Positions 23,667 to 34,149 of a DNA stretch of 64,000 bases are shown here, in pieces. Position 1 is the first letter of the stretch. Each line of letters begins with the position of its first letter. This DNA comes from an uncultured Methanomicrobiales archaeon. Lineage in GTDB: Archaea > Halobacteriota > Methanomicrobia > Methanomicrobiales > Methanospirillaceae. Location of the stretch: contig OY969100.1 of NCBI GenBank assembly GCA_963697895.1, positions 992,001-1,056,000 on the forward strand. The letters are read 5' to 3'. The position numbers were made by a program, and so were the translations under genes. Below the pieces are notes generated by a model. The model saw only the letters and a list, made by a program, of their open reading frames with translations, made no database searches and was not told the origin of the DNA.

Positions 23667-24185
23667 ATGACAAAAAAACATACGGAAACAAAGAGTGAAC
23701 CGGCATCAGCGAGTGGGGCCGGGCGTATCGTGATCGTCATTATCATCCTCTGCTTCGTCGGGATTATGCCCGTACTGGTCTGGTTGAGCATTCCCCCGAC
23801 AAGCACGAGTTCCACGGTCAACGATGCATCCCAATACGTCGCGACCGCTGCTGCGGATACCAATCTCCAGATATGCACCCAGAACGTTATCGTCCTCGAC
23901 TACCCGGGCGTACAGAATGCAGCGAAGTACAATCTTTCCCCTGACTGCAAGACCGCAACCAGTGCGAATACTGTCGTGATGGGGGTCATCGGGTTTTCCA
24001 GTTCACAGGCACAGGAGAATGCCCTATACACGGCTCAGAATAGCTATAAAAACTGGCGGGAGACGAATACGGAGGTCTACACCGATGCGACGAACGTGAT
24101 CATCGTTACGGGACCCCCGGGAGACACGTATGTGCAGGCGATCGGCAATTCCCTGACCGCACAGGGTGCCCAGCAGGTTACCTGA
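23667..24185 (+). CDS. Membrane-anchored hypothetical protein
   Basis: One N-terminal TM helix followed by an S/T/Q/N-rich extracellular-type domain. Confidence 0.7.
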   Translation: MTKKHTETKSEPASASGAGRIVIVIIILCFVGIMPVLVWLSIPPTSTSSTVNDASQYVATAAADTNLQICTQNVIVLDYPGVQNAAKYNLSPDCKTATSANTVVMGVIGFSSSQAQENALYTAQNSYKNWRETNTEVYTDATNVIIVTGPPGDTYVQAIGNSLTAQGAQQVT

Positions 24186-24457
24186 ATCAGCGGTGGATCA
24201 TTCAGTTAGCTTGGCGAACCCGGCTGTGAATATTCCCGGAAATCAGGAAGATCCATCTTTCGAATAACTCTTTTTTATTGAAATGGATATCGGGTAATAT
24301 TCCTTCTCCGCTTTCTGCTTTAAACAAAAAGAGAAGATCCCCCAGGGGGATTTCTTACTCGTCACTCGGGACAGTGGCCGGGGTCGATAAGCCCGATATG
24401 GTGAGCAGTTCAATGAATGTTGACCAGTAACTTTATTCGGGCCGGAATGTCTCGCTT

Positions 24458-25270
24458 TTACTCCTCTCTTTTCCCACCGTACGCCCTGACATGCCCCCAT
24501 GCCCGGTGATGGAGAGGGTACTTTTCTGTATCCGTATACAGGGAGGGATCTGTTCGTCCGAATACCTCGCGGTCCTTCCCCACCGGGCACACCATTATGC
24601 AGATACCGCACGGGGAGATGGATCGCCTGCGAAGCGCGATATTCCGGGAGAGGCAGGCCGTCTTGTCGGTCAGCCCCTCCGGGTAACCGGCCTCGTCGAG
24701 GGCACCCGCGGGGCACATGGTCACGCATCTCATGCAGCGGGTGCAGAGTTCCTCTTCGATAAGGGGATCCGGAGGGAGAACTGCCGTGGTGAAGACCGAC
24801 CCGAACCGCACCCGGGGACCGTATCCGGGGGTCAGGAGCGTATTGTTCACCCCGAATGTGCCGAGCCCCGCGAGGAGAGCGGCGTGCCGGTGTGAGAAGA
24901 AGGCCACCGGGTTCTCCCGCAGTACCTCTCCTGACCCGTACCCGTCCCGGGGGACGAACATCGACGGGTAGCCCCATTCGGTGAGAAAATTGGCCAGCCG
25001 GTAGGTATACTGGTCGAGCAGGATGTTTACCGTATTGTAGAGCTCGTGGTACAGGATTGACGGCGCAGTCTCGAGAACGGGGAGGGCGACCGGCAACCCG
25101 ATGACGATCACGGACCTCGCTTCCGGGTAGATGGACTGCGGATAGAACTCGCTCGGCATCCAGGGCTGAAAGGGCGGGTCTTCCCATCGCCCGGCTGCTG
25201 CAACCCCAACGAGCGGAATCTCCATCTCCCTGCATTTATCGATAAGTATTTCCTTGAGCTTCCGGTTCAT
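24458..25270 (-). CDS. Epoxyqueuosine reductase-like / reductive dehalogenase-family 4Fe-4S protein
   Basis: ARSVIVIG, FSHRHAALLAGLGTFG.N..L.TP.YGPRVRFGSVFT, CxxCxxCxxxCP and CGICIMVCP. Confidence 0.85.
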   Translation of the reverse strand: MNRKLKEILIDKCREMEIPLVGVAAAGRWEDPPFQPWMPSEFYPQSIYPEARSVIVIGLPVALPVLETAPSILYHELYNTVNILLDQYTYRLANFLTEWGYPSMFVPRDGYGSGEVLRENPVAFFSHRHAALLAGLGTFGVNNTLLTPGYGPRVRFGSVFTTAVLPPDPLIEEELCTRCMRCVTMCPAGALDEAGYPEGLTDKTACLSRNIALRRRSISPCGICIMVCPVGKDREVFGRTDPSLYTDTEKYPLHHRAWGHVRAYGGKREE

Positions 25271-25419
25271 ACGACTCCGTGCAGGGATTATCAGAGGCAG
25301 CGATGATAATACCATTGAAACCCGCAATACGGCGAAGTGCCTCCTTTAATTTGACCCGTATTGACTGGATTGGCTTGAACCCCGATACCCTGCTCGAGGA
25401 AGCCCGGGAGGGTATATTC

Positions 25420-25884
25420 CTACCTGACATCTCCCGGAAAGAGTTTCTTTCCTTTTTCCGTGTATTCGATAGCCCCGAGTTGCCTGAGGAAATCCAGCTG
25501 GTCATCGACTTCCCATCCCTCTGCAAGTTTTCCGTTCACGATGCGCCAGATGAAAACCATCCTCATGATCAGCTTGCTGCCAGTAGGGGGGAACGAGACT
25601 CCAAAATGGTTCCATTCGCCGGTATGGGTCCCCGTTGCGGTAACGCATACCCATACCCTGTCCCCTTCCGCAATGATATCCCCGATATGTTCATGCCAGT
25701 CCGGGAACGCCGTGAACGCGAGCCGAAAGAGCTGTCTGAAGCGTTCCCGGCCCTGTTGCTGATGGGTATGGTCAACATAATCCGGTGCCACCAGATCGTC
25801 GAATACATCCAGGTTTCGGGTATTGTAGGCTTCAATAAATGTGCAGACAGTCGCCTTATTCTCCTCGATCGACATGAACATCAC
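25420..25884 (-). CDS. SnoaL-like ester cyclase
   Basis: EENKA, AFPDWH..I.DIIAEGDRV, GTHTG, PPTG, GKLAEGW, LRQLG. Confidence 0.88.
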   Translation of the reverse strand: MMFMSIEENKATVCTFIEAYNTRNLDVFDDLVAPDYVDHTHQQQGRERFRQLFRLAFTAFPDWHEHIGDIIAEGDRVWVCVTATGTHTGEWNHFGVSFPPTGSKLIMRMVFIWRIVNGKLAEGWEVDDQLDFLRQLGAIEYTEKGKKLFPGDVR

Positions 25885-26205
25885 CTCTCCCTGGATCCTT
25901 TTTTACTTTATTGCATGCGTTCACTTATCCAATATATAACAAACCTACATCCATTCAACACGGAATGATCAGGTCCTGCCCGTTCAGCAATCATTTGAAA
26001 ATAATCATCCTCGATGGCAAGGGGTATTCCGACCGTGGATTACCGTAGCTGAATGATGGAATGCGGTACAGGAAAGTCCTGTTGATGAGAAAGAAGGGGG
26101 ATTCCGGGTCGATGACTGCATCACAACGTTATTGGGTTTTTCCCCCGAACAGGTACTGGATTCGCGAGCGAGAAGATCAACTTCCTACTCGCCAAGGTGA
26201 AGACC

Positions 26206-27015
26206 ATGCATCCTGCGCCCGGCCGGGAAAATCCTCCTCCCATCCTGGAATTTGAGAATGTCACCGTCGTGAGGGGGGAGAAGCGGCTCCTCGACGCCGT
26301 GACGGTCACTATCCACGAAGGGGAGCATATCGCGATACTCGGACCGAACGGTGCCGGGAAGTCCTCGTTCATCCGGACGATCTCCCGGGAGTACTATCCC
26401 CTGGACCAGGGGCACCGGATGACCTTCCGGATCTGGGGGCGGGACCGGTGCGATGTCTTCGATATCCGGTCGCTGATCGGGCTCGTCTCCAACGACCTCC
26501 AGTACGCGTTCACCCGGGACCTGTCGGGGAGGGAGGTGATCCTCTCCGGGTTCTTCTCGAGCATCGGGCTCTGGCGGAAGGAGGCAACCCCCGCGATGGA
26601 GGAGAAGACGGACCGGATACTCGACTTCCTCGGGATCGCCCACCTTCAGGACCGGCCGATGAACGAGCTCTCCTCCGGCGAGGCCCGGCGGTTCCTGATC
26701 GGCCGGGCGCTGGTCCACGACCCGAAACTCCTGATCCTCGACGAGCCCACGAACAGCCTCGACCTCCACGCCCTGCACGCCTTCCGGCAGGTGCTCCGGA
26801 GGATCGCCCGTTCGGGGACCGGGATCGTCCTCGTGACCCACAACCTCCCGGACATCATCCCGGAGATCTCCCGGGTCATCCTGATGAAGGACGGTGCGTT
26901 CTGGAAGGACGGCCCGAAGGCGGAGGTCCTGACCGACAGGAACATCGGCGAACTCTTCGACGTCCCGGTCCGGGTCCGGGAAGAGGACGGGTACTATTAC
27001 GCGACGGGGTACTGA
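26206..27015 (+). CDS. ABC ATP-binding protein (ModF-like, stand-alone)
   Basis: GPNGAGKS Walker A, LSSGE signature, LILDEP, VTH. Confidence 0.9.
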   Translation: MHPAPGRENPPPILEFENVTVVRGEKRLLDAVTVTIHEGEHIAILGPNGAGKSSFIRTISREYYPLDQGHRMTFRIWGRDRCDVFDIRSLIGLVSNDLQYAFTRDLSGREVILSGFFSSIGLWRKEATPAMEEKTDRILDFLGIAHLQDRPMNELSSGEARRFLIGRALVHDPKLLILDEPTNSLDLHALHAFRQVLRRIARSGTGIVLVTHNLPDIIPEISRVILMKDGAFWKDGPKAEVLTDRNIGELFDVPVRVREEDGYYYATGY

Positions 27016-27081
27016 ACCTGCCGACGCGGGTTGAATCTTTTCATCGATCGATGAACCAGGCAGAAATACATCTTCGACCTG

Positions 27082-27897
27082 TCAGGGAACCGGGCTCCGT
27101 TTCTGCTGTTCCAGTTCCTGGAGATACCGTTCCCTTCTCGCTATATACGGTCCGGGATTCCGGCCGAAGGGGACGTATTCCGAGACCTGCCAGCCTTCGG
27201 CCGCCATCTCGATCTTGGTCTGGTCGGCAAGCCCCGTCAGGAACCCGAAGGTGACCCTGTCCCGGCGATCCTCCATCAGGGAGCGGATCTCTCTGATGAG
27301 ATCGGGATCATGGGTACCGACATGGAAGCCGACATCGTAGCCTGCGGTCTCCCGGACGAGATCGAGGAACCTCTTCCGGATCTCAGCATCGTCCTTCACG
27401 TCCCCGATATAGGCGCCCTTGACGAACCGGGGCACGATCCCGAGTGCAAGGAGCAGCCGGATGTCCCCGGCCGTCCGGTCCAGGTACGCCTGCACAGCCA
27501 GGGTCACCGGCAGGCCCCGGTTCGCGCAGAGAGCCCCCGCTTCCATGGCCGCTCCCACCAAGCCCCGCCCTTCCATGTCGATCTCGAAACCCACCCCGGC
27601 TCTTTTCGCTTCCCGGCAAAGATCATAGGTCTGTTGAAGCGCCAGGTCGCCGTCAAAGAGCGCCCCCAGGGAGGAGAGCTTGACCGATATCGATGCAGAA
27701 AGGTTGTCTGCCGTAATGCCGGCGATCGTTTCCCGGTAGGCAGCGCTCACGCCATCCACCTCCCCGGGTGTCCGGGTGTATTCATCAAGCACGTGGAAGG
27801 TGCACCGTATCTTCTCCCGGTTCCGCTCGCGACACCGGGAAAGAGCCTGGCCAAGGTCGTCGGGGTTCCACCGGTTCCCCAAACTTTTTTCCGCCAT
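27082..27897 (-). CDS. Proline dehydrogenase family protein (monofunctional)
   Basis: ISVKLSSLG, IDME, VQAYL.RT, VKGAY, GTHD, YVPFG, YIARR. Confidence 0.82.
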   Translation of the reverse strand: MAEKSLGNRWNPDDLGQALSRCRERNREKIRCTFHVLDEYTRTPGEVDGVSAAYRETIAGITADNLSASISVKLSSLGALFDGDLALQQTYDLCREAKRAGVGFEIDMEGRGLVGAAMEAGALCANRGLPVTLAVQAYLDRTAGDIRLLLALGIVPRFVKGAYIGDVKDDAEIRKRFLDLVRETAGYDVGFHVGTHDPDLIREIRSLMEDRRDRVTFGFLTGLADQTKIEMAAEGWQVSEYVPFGRNPGPYIARRERYLQELEQQKRSPVP

Positions 27898-27901
27898 CGT
27901 C

Positions 27902-28168
27902 TCAACCCGGCGCCGGCTCCCGGGAGAACAGGACCCACACGGCAACGAGCATGGAGATGCTCGCGATGAGGAAGATTACCGAAGAGGTGCTGGCTGAAAG
28001 GCCTTCCCCGGAGAAGGCCGAGATGTCGTACACCACGTAGATGGCAAAGGTGAGGGCAATGAGCCACCCGAAGACCTTCTTCTTCAGGATACCGATACCC
28101 AGACCGATTCCGCAGATGATGACCTCGATGGCGATGGAGACAGGCTGGAGATAGAGGGAAAGATCCAT
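27902..28168 (-). CDS. Small 3-TM membrane protein
   Basis: Three hydrophobic helices; directly upstream of the proline dehydrogenase gene. Confidence 0.65.
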   Translation of the reverse strand: MDLSLYLQPVSIAIEVIICGIGLGIGILKKKVFGWLIALTFAIYVVYDISAFSGEGLSASTSSVIFLIASISMLVAVWVLFSREPAPG

Positions 28169-28441
28169 GCAGAGCGGTGAGTCGCGGGACTACAAATGAT
28201 CTTCGGGGACGGAGGTCTGCCGGTTCCCGCAACCGAAGAGTATCTCGTTTGAATTTCCGCAATAAAGAACCGGTGCTGCTCCGAAACCTGGCCTGGATAT
28301 CACGGGTGTGACCGGAGAGAGCCGCACAACGGATGGTAACGGTGGCAATTCGGAACAGTCAGGCGAAGCAGATCGATTACCGCCGGCATTTCCTTTCCGC
28401 CGGATATCAGGTAATCTTCCCACACCGGATCACGGGCTCGC

Positions 28442-28924
28442 TCAGGCTTCAGGTTCTTTCCGGATCCCGGCAGCAAACGCCTCCACCTTGGCCATGAAGG
28501 CCCCGCTCTCGACCTCGGCCTCGACCGTCCAGGCGGAAGAGACAAACCGCATCCCTTTTTCTTCGAGGTGTTTCCTCACCAGGGCAATCGCTCCTTCGGC
28601 ACCCCGGCCTCCCATCTCTATGAATACGTGGAAGGGTTTTCCCTGCCCGCCGGTAACCGAATTCAGGTACTCGTTCACGTACGGGGGCACCTTGCCTGCC
28701 CAGACCGGGGTTGCCACGACGAGCTCGTCGATCCCGGCGAGGTCGGTTTTAGAGGGCTTTATGGCCGATTTCATCGACAGCATTGCTTTCATCGCCTGCT
28801 TGCTGATGCCCGGTTCCCTGTCCGGTTCGATCCGGACCAGCTCTGCGTGGAGCTGGTCCGCAAGCACCTTCGCGATCTTTTCCGTGTGCCCCTTCCATGA
28901 AAAATACACGATTCGTATGGTCAT
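28442..28924 (-). CDS. Flavodoxin
   Basis: IVYFSWKGHTEKIA, ATPVWAG. Confidence 0.85.
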   Translation of the reverse strand: MTIRIVYFSWKGHTEKIAKVLADQLHAELVRIEPDREPGISKQAMKAMLSMKSAIKPSKTDLAGIDELVVATPVWAGKVPPYVNEYLNSVTGGQGKPFHVFIEMGGRGAEGAIALVRKHLEEKGMRFVSSAWTVEAEVESGAFMAKVEAFAAGIRKEPEA

Positions 28925-29045
28925 TGATGAATCACGAATGAACTCATGGCGGGCGGAGTAAAAAGGTTTTTGGGGATGTTCTGCCGGTCCGGATACATTC
29001 TCCCCTATTTCATCAATTGATCAGGTGCACCATATCGAAACAGTG

Positions 29046-29991
29046 TCAATAAGAGCCACTTGCACTCGAGCTCGCCGTCACCTTCAGTACATGCTCGTCC
29101 TGATACAGCCTGTCCATTGTACTGTTGTAATAATCCGGACCGTTTAGTACGCCGAGATCGACGGTCATGACCAGGGGGGTCTGGATAACGAGACCGGCCT
29201 CCTGTAACCGGTACCTTGTCAGGTCCAGATCACCCTGAATTGAAAACAGGACGATCACCTGGCCCTCGATCTCCTTGATCCGGCTCCCGGGCTCGTTCGG
29301 GTCATACACGGAAACACCGCTCTCATTCCGAAGAAGGCCGATGACCCGTTCATAATCCGAACGGGGCACTACTATATACCGGTCGAGGGAAGTTTCAAAT
29401 GTCGACCGGAATTCCGGATCCAGGGCTGATATGATCTTCCTCCCTTCTGCCTCGGATATCCCCGCCGCGAACCATACCCCAATCCTCTCATGGTACACCG
29501 GGTCCTGCGAAGACAGGTCCGTTATAACTCCTCCGGGTGAAACGATTGCAGGGATTATAACACCCTGGTGAGCGGGGTTCACCGGAGTAACGAGATAACT
29601 CCCAGGTGAAAGCGGTATCTCCGAAATGAGCGATGGACCTGAAGGGGAAATGATGGAAGGGACGAGCTGTGGGGATATCCAGCAGAGCCACGGGGGACGT
29701 GATGGAGTCCCGATCCGTCGGGGTCTGGATGGGCAAAACCCTTTCCGGGAAGAATCCCAGTGTCCCTTCGTTATCAACTGGGGTGGATGTACCGTAATAG
29801 ATAGGCTGAGGCGGGTTGACAAAAGTCGTTTCTGCATTGCCTATATAGGAAAATGAATCGATAGCCGGCGTTATCGTCTGATAGTTAATTGTTGGGTCCA
29901 TTATGATTGAGGGGTTTTGGGCATACGCTCCGAAACCGAGGATTGCATATGAGATGATTATTATGGCCAGGAGAATTCTCATCGACTTCAT
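29046..29991 (-). CDS. Secreted Pro/Ser-rich hypothetical protein, apparently split by a frameshift near 29670
   Basis: Signal peptide MKSMRILLAIIIISYAILGFGAYA in one frame; the Pro-rich linker and globular C-terminus (IGVWFAAGISEAEG...) are in an overlapping frame. Confidence 0.55.
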
Positions 29992-30023
29992 GGAATATTC
30001 CTCATATAATTTTTGAATCTCCC

Positions 30024-30785
30024 CTATCGTGCCCAAATTCCGTAAATGATGGAGAGAGCCTTGACTTGAGGATCGTATCGTAATATATCCACAATGGTTT
30101 TTGCGAGTGAATCCGGTTGTTCATTATTATAATCGATCAAAAACGTCACCGAGTCCGGCGGATTATTCCGGGGAGTGTCATCGATCAGGATTCGATAACC
30201 ATCGGGGATACGGTGCTTTTCGATAATGGCGTATGCTTCGTCTATCGTAACGGATTGGTCGAATACTACCTTGATCCCCCAGTTCGTCGTGTCACCGGTG
30301 ATCATCTCTCCAACCGCACCCCCATACCCCCAACTCGTGGGGAAGAACTTGCCCGATTCATAGTCGGGGATGAGGATCCCACTCATCTGTTGATCAATGT
30401 CCGATGCCAGGGGGAAGAGCCCCGGGGTATCGTAGACGGACGGTGCCAGGATCGGGAGAGGAGCCGGTACCGGATCGAATGAGGGAATGTTCACCGGCGG
30501 TGAACCGGAATTATCCGGGGAAACCGGGTTGGTATCCAGGGTTGGTTCCGGAGCGGCCGGCCCGGGCTGATCCCATTGCGGCGAGAGGTCGGGGATGATG
30601 TAAGGTTGTACTTCCGGTGAAGAATAAAGACCAGGATCGAATGCGGTGATAAGTACCGGAGAATAGTCGCCGGTTGTTACTGCTGATGCATATACAAGCC
30701 CGGGATCCACCGGGATTCCTCCGGCTGCAGCGATCCCCACGCAGCCGAAAGTGATCATAAGGATAAGAATACAGGATTTTATCAC
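30024..30785 (-). CDS. Secreted Pro-rich hypothetical protein
   Basis: Signal peptide, Pro/Asp-rich linker, small C-terminal alpha/beta domain (IKVVFDQSVTIDEAYAII) similar to the downstream gene. Confidence 0.7.
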   Translation of the reverse strand: MIKSCILILMITFGCVGIAAAGGIPVDPGLVYASAVTTGDYSPVLITAFDPGLYSSPEVQPYIIPDLSPQWDQPGPAAPEPTLDTNPVSPDNSGSPPVNIPSFDPVPAPLPILAPSVYDTPGLFPLASDIDQQMSGILIPDYESGKFFPTSWGYGGAVGEMITGDTTNWGIKVVFDQSVTIDEAYAIIEKHRIPDGYRILIDDTPRNNPPDSVTFLIDYNNEQPDSLAKTIVDILRYDPQVKALSIIYGIWAR

Positions 30786-30889
30786 GAGTCTCCCCCCCTT
30801 CTCTGATAGCCCTCCGTTGGGCCTCGTTCAAGAAATACTTTCGGATAATGTCTATCCTGGAGAATAAAATGGATAACCGGGTAGTTTGT

Positions 30890-31600
30890 TCATCCCTTCT
30901 TCATCGCCTCCGCCTTCATCTCCTTCGGCAGCAGCTCGATCGCGTATCGCAACGCGGTCCGGGGCATGGACTTTTTATTCCGCATGACATAGGAGAAGAC
31001 CTCCTCCGGGTGCAGACGGCTCGCCTCCTTGAGGAGCCACCCGTATCCTTTCTGCACGAGGTCGTCCGGGTCGGTCAGGAGCAGGTCGGCGATCTCCAGC
31101 GCATCGGCGAGGAATCGCCCCCGTTTCGCCGGGACGATCAGGGTTACCGCCGCTGCCCGCCTCATCCACCGGTTCTCAGACCGGGTCCAGTGTTTCAGTT
31201 CGTCGACATATGCCGGATATTTCTCGATGAAGTCGCCGACGGCATGGTTGCATAAACTGTCGCAGGTCGCCCAGTTGGTGATGTACGTGTCGATCCAGCG
31301 CTGGAATATGCTGATGTCTTCCGGTTCAAACCGGTCCGCAAGGTTCGGGACCCACGTCGAGACCACGAAGGCCTCCTCGATGTTACCCGAGCGGTACAGC
31401 TCCTCGCAGAGTGCAAATATCTCCGGCTTGGTCCGCGATTGCACTTCCTTCCAGTATTTTTTCGCGATCTTCGTCACGGTCGGGGTCTTGACGCCGTACC
31501 CCTTCACCTCTTCCCTGAAGAAACGCGTGAAGCTATCTTTCGTTGCCTCGTCCCGGTTCGCTGCCAGTTCTTCCCGGATCTTCCGGATCACCGGATCCAT
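30890..31600 (-). CDS. DNA alkylation repair protein (AlkD-like)
   Basis: YGVKTP, ITNWATCD, SENRWMRRAA, DPDDLVQKGYGWLLKE, MPRTALRYAIE. Confidence 0.9.
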   Translation of the reverse strand: MDPVIRKIREELAANRDEATKDSFTRFFREEVKGYGVKTPTVTKIAKKYWKEVQSRTKPEIFALCEELYRSGNIEEAFVVSTWVPNLADRFEPEDISIFQRWIDTYITNWATCDSLCNHAVGDFIEKYPAYVDELKHWTRSENRWMRRAAAVTLIVPAKRGRFLADALEIADLLLTDPDDLVQKGYGWLLKEASRLHPEEVFSYVMRNKKSMPRTALRYAIELLPKEMKAEAMKKG

Positions 31601-31813
31601 ACAGGAGGTGGGAATGGAGGGATGATAAGGGTAGTTAAAATCCACCGGCCTTAAAGGGGAATTTTATCCATTCTATTCCTGACCGGGGAATGTTCTCCAT
31701 TCTATTCTCCCTTCCTGCCTCATCCCCGACAATCCGATTATCCTTTCCACCGGGAGGATTCCATACTTTTTTCCCTGTTCCCGGTTCAGGTGTAGACACA
31801 GTATGGAATAGCC

Positions 31814-33040
31814 ATGACTACTCTCTTAGATTACGCCCGGCAGGGAATCGTTCCACCCGAGATGGATTCTGTCGCCCGGATGGAACATGTAGATCCGGAC
31901 ATCCTCCGTGAACGGATGGTCGCAGGTACTGTTGTCATCATGCACAAGAGGGATGTCGCGGTCGGGATCGGCGAGGGGTTGCGGACGAAGATAAACGTCA
32001 ACCTGGGAACGTCCACGAACCGTATCAATCCCTCCGAAGAGATCGAAAAGGGGCTGATCGCGGAGAAATACGGGGCGGACACGATCAGCGACCTCTCGAT
32101 GGGTGGCGACATCACCGGGATCCGGAGAGAGATCCTGCGGCAGACCCGACTTCCGGTCACCACCGTGCCGATCTACCAGGTTGCCGCAGAGTGCGGGCTC
32201 GATGCCATGACCGCCGGGGACATCCTCGCCACCATCCGCTCGCAGGCACAGGACGGGGTATCTTCGATGGTGCTCCACTGCGTGAATACGGGGATGCTCG
32301 ATTTGTTCCGTCAGCGGAGACGGATCCTCGGCATGGTCTCGAAGGGAGGGGCGATCACCGGTGCGTTCATGCGGATCCATGACTGCGAAAACCCGTTCAT
32401 CGGGAATTTTGATGAGATCCTCGCGATCCTGAAGGAATACGACATCGTGCTCTCGCTCGGGAACACCGCCCGGAGCGGGTGCATCCACGATCTCCCGGAC
32501 GAGATACAGCGCGAGGAACTCCGGCAGAACCGGGAACTGGCGTACCGGGCGCATGCGGAGGGGGTCCAGACGATCGTCGAGGGGGCCGGGGGTCACATCC
32601 GGACCGACCGGATCCGGGACCATATCCGGTACTATAAAGAAAGCATGCCGTTCCCGCTCTTCGTCGCCGGACCGCTCCCCACCGATACCGCATTCGGATA
32701 CGATCACATCGCCGGCTGCGTGGGGGCGAGTATCGCAAGCGGAGCCGGTGCCGATTATCTCTGCGCCATTACCCCCGCGGAACACTTGGGGCTTCCCGGA
32801 CCGGGGGACGTGAAAGAGGGACTGATCGCATTCCGTATAGCGGCATATATCGGTGATTCCCTGAAGTACGGCAGGGATGAGAAGGACAAAATCATCGCGG
32901 AGAAGAGGGCTGTCTTCGACCGGGAAGGCCAGATCTGCCTGGCACTGGACCGCGAACGTGCTGAGACGCTCTCTTCGGGGAATGCCGGGTGCACGATGTG
33001 CGGGGAGTTCTGCGCGATTAAACTCATGAAATTATTGTGA
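31814..33040 (+). CDS. thiC: ThiC-family radical SAM enzyme (divergent phosphomethylpyrimidine synthase / Bza-like paralog)
   Basis: IGEGLRTKINVNLGTS, GADTISDLS.GG, TVPIYQ, GYDHI, TPAEHLGLP, C-terminal CTMCGEFC. Confidence 0.8.
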   Translation: MTTLLDYARQGIVPPEMDSVARMEHVDPDILRERMVAGTVVIMHKRDVAVGIGEGLRTKINVNLGTSTNRINPSEEIEKGLIAEKYGADTISDLSMGGDITGIRREILRQTRLPVTTVPIYQVAAECGLDAMTAGDILATIRSQAQDGVSSMVLHCVNTGMLDLFRQRRRILGMVSKGGAITGAFMRIHDCENPFIGNFDEILAILKEYDIVLSLGNTARSGCIHDLPDEIQREELRQNRELAYRAHAEGVQTIVEGAGGHIRTDRIRDHIRYYKESMPFPLFVAGPLPTDTAFGYDHIAGCVGASIASGAGADYLCAITPAEHLGLPGPGDVKEGLIAFRIAAYIGDSLKYGRDEKDKIIAEKRAVFDREGQICLALDRERAETLSSGNAGCTMCGEFCAIKLMKLL

Positions 33041-33049
33041 ACACGATCG

Positions 33050-33520
33050 TCACAGATACAGCGCAATGACCAGCAGGCCCGTGGAGACTGCGACGTATAA
33101 GATCCCCGGGATGAGGTGGGCCCAGAAATAGGGGCGGATCTCGAGTGACGGTGACTTCTGTTCTTCTTCGGAGAAGAATTTCCGGGGATAGCCGTGCAGG
33201 AGGGCTTCATAGATCCGGAAGTAGCCGAAGCTGTAAAAGGAACTGATGCTGACGAGCATGATGTTCACTACCCCGGTGACGGTTGCTTCGAACGTGACGT
33301 CGTATATCCCGAGCAGGGTAAACATGATGGCAAACTGCAGGATCGGGAGGAGAAACAGTACGATCCACGCAGCGAACAGCCGGTTGATATTTTGGGACTT
33401 CCCCAGCCACGCATTGTACGTGTCGTAGGGTCGGTACGTCTCATGGGAACGGTCGATGATCAGGGTGAAATAAATCGCGAAAAAAATAGAGAAAACGATC
33501 TGGGCTTCGTTCAGGTCCAT
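33050..33520 (-). CDS. Hypothetical 4-TM membrane protein
   Basis: Four hydrophobic helices in a 156-aa ORF. Confidence 0.7.
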   Translation of the reverse strand: MDLNEAQIVFSIFFAIYFTLIIDRSHETYRPYDTYNAWLGKSQNINRLFAAWIVLFLLPILQFAIMFTLLGIYDVTFEATVTGVVNIMLVSISSFYSFGYFRIYEALLHGYPRKFFSEEEQKSPSLEIRPYFWAHLIPGILYVAVSTGLLVIALYL

Positions 33521-33521
33521 G

Positions 33522-33935
33522 TTATTTATTAATTACCAACGGGCACTGGCTGGGTGTGGGTATGGTAAACCAGTCATCCCAGGACTTCGGGGCGGTGCTT
33601 GACGTATCGACCGCACTGGTCACGGATGCGATGGTTCCCTCATAGAACGAACCCGGGGGGGTGTATGTCATGATCGGGAATACGGATGGTAAGACGGTCG
33701 ATACCGGTACTCCGATCACGGGAGAGAAATCCTGGACGAACGGACTCACGATGGAGGGTACGACCGGGGTGAATGTACTCGGAGAATCGAAAATGTAGAG
33801 CTCCGGTTGAAACCCTGCCGTGCTCACCAACGCATCGGCTGACATTGAGCTGGCGGTGACTCCCGGGATGCCGAGAACCAGGACGGCCGCGATCATGAAC
33901 GTGAGAACTAACTTTTTCAACTGTATCAGCTCCAT
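33522..33935 (-). CDS. Secreted Ser/Thr/Pro-rich hypothetical protein
   Basis: Signal peptide followed by a low-complexity mature region. Confidence 0.6.
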   Translation of the reverse strand: MELIQLKKLVLTFMIAAVLVLGIPGVTASSMSADALVSTAGFQPELYIFDSPSTFTPVVPSIVSPFVQDFSPVIGVPVSTVLPSVFPIMTYTPPGSFYEGTIASVTSAVDTSSTAPKSWDDWFTIPTPSQCPLVINK

Positions 33936-34149
33936 CTGGTAAGGAAATTTTCTCTGTAACCGTATATATTCATCTGATGCTCTTGGTCAGGAGAAATACC
34001 GCACCAAACCCAACAAGATTCCCGGGTGTTACCCCGGATGAGTGATAGGGGGGGTGCGAATCCCCTTGCAAACCTTACCCAACCCTGCCGCACCTTGCAG
34101 CACCACACCTAACCCGACCCACTTCCGAGATCCCGATGTATGGGACCGA

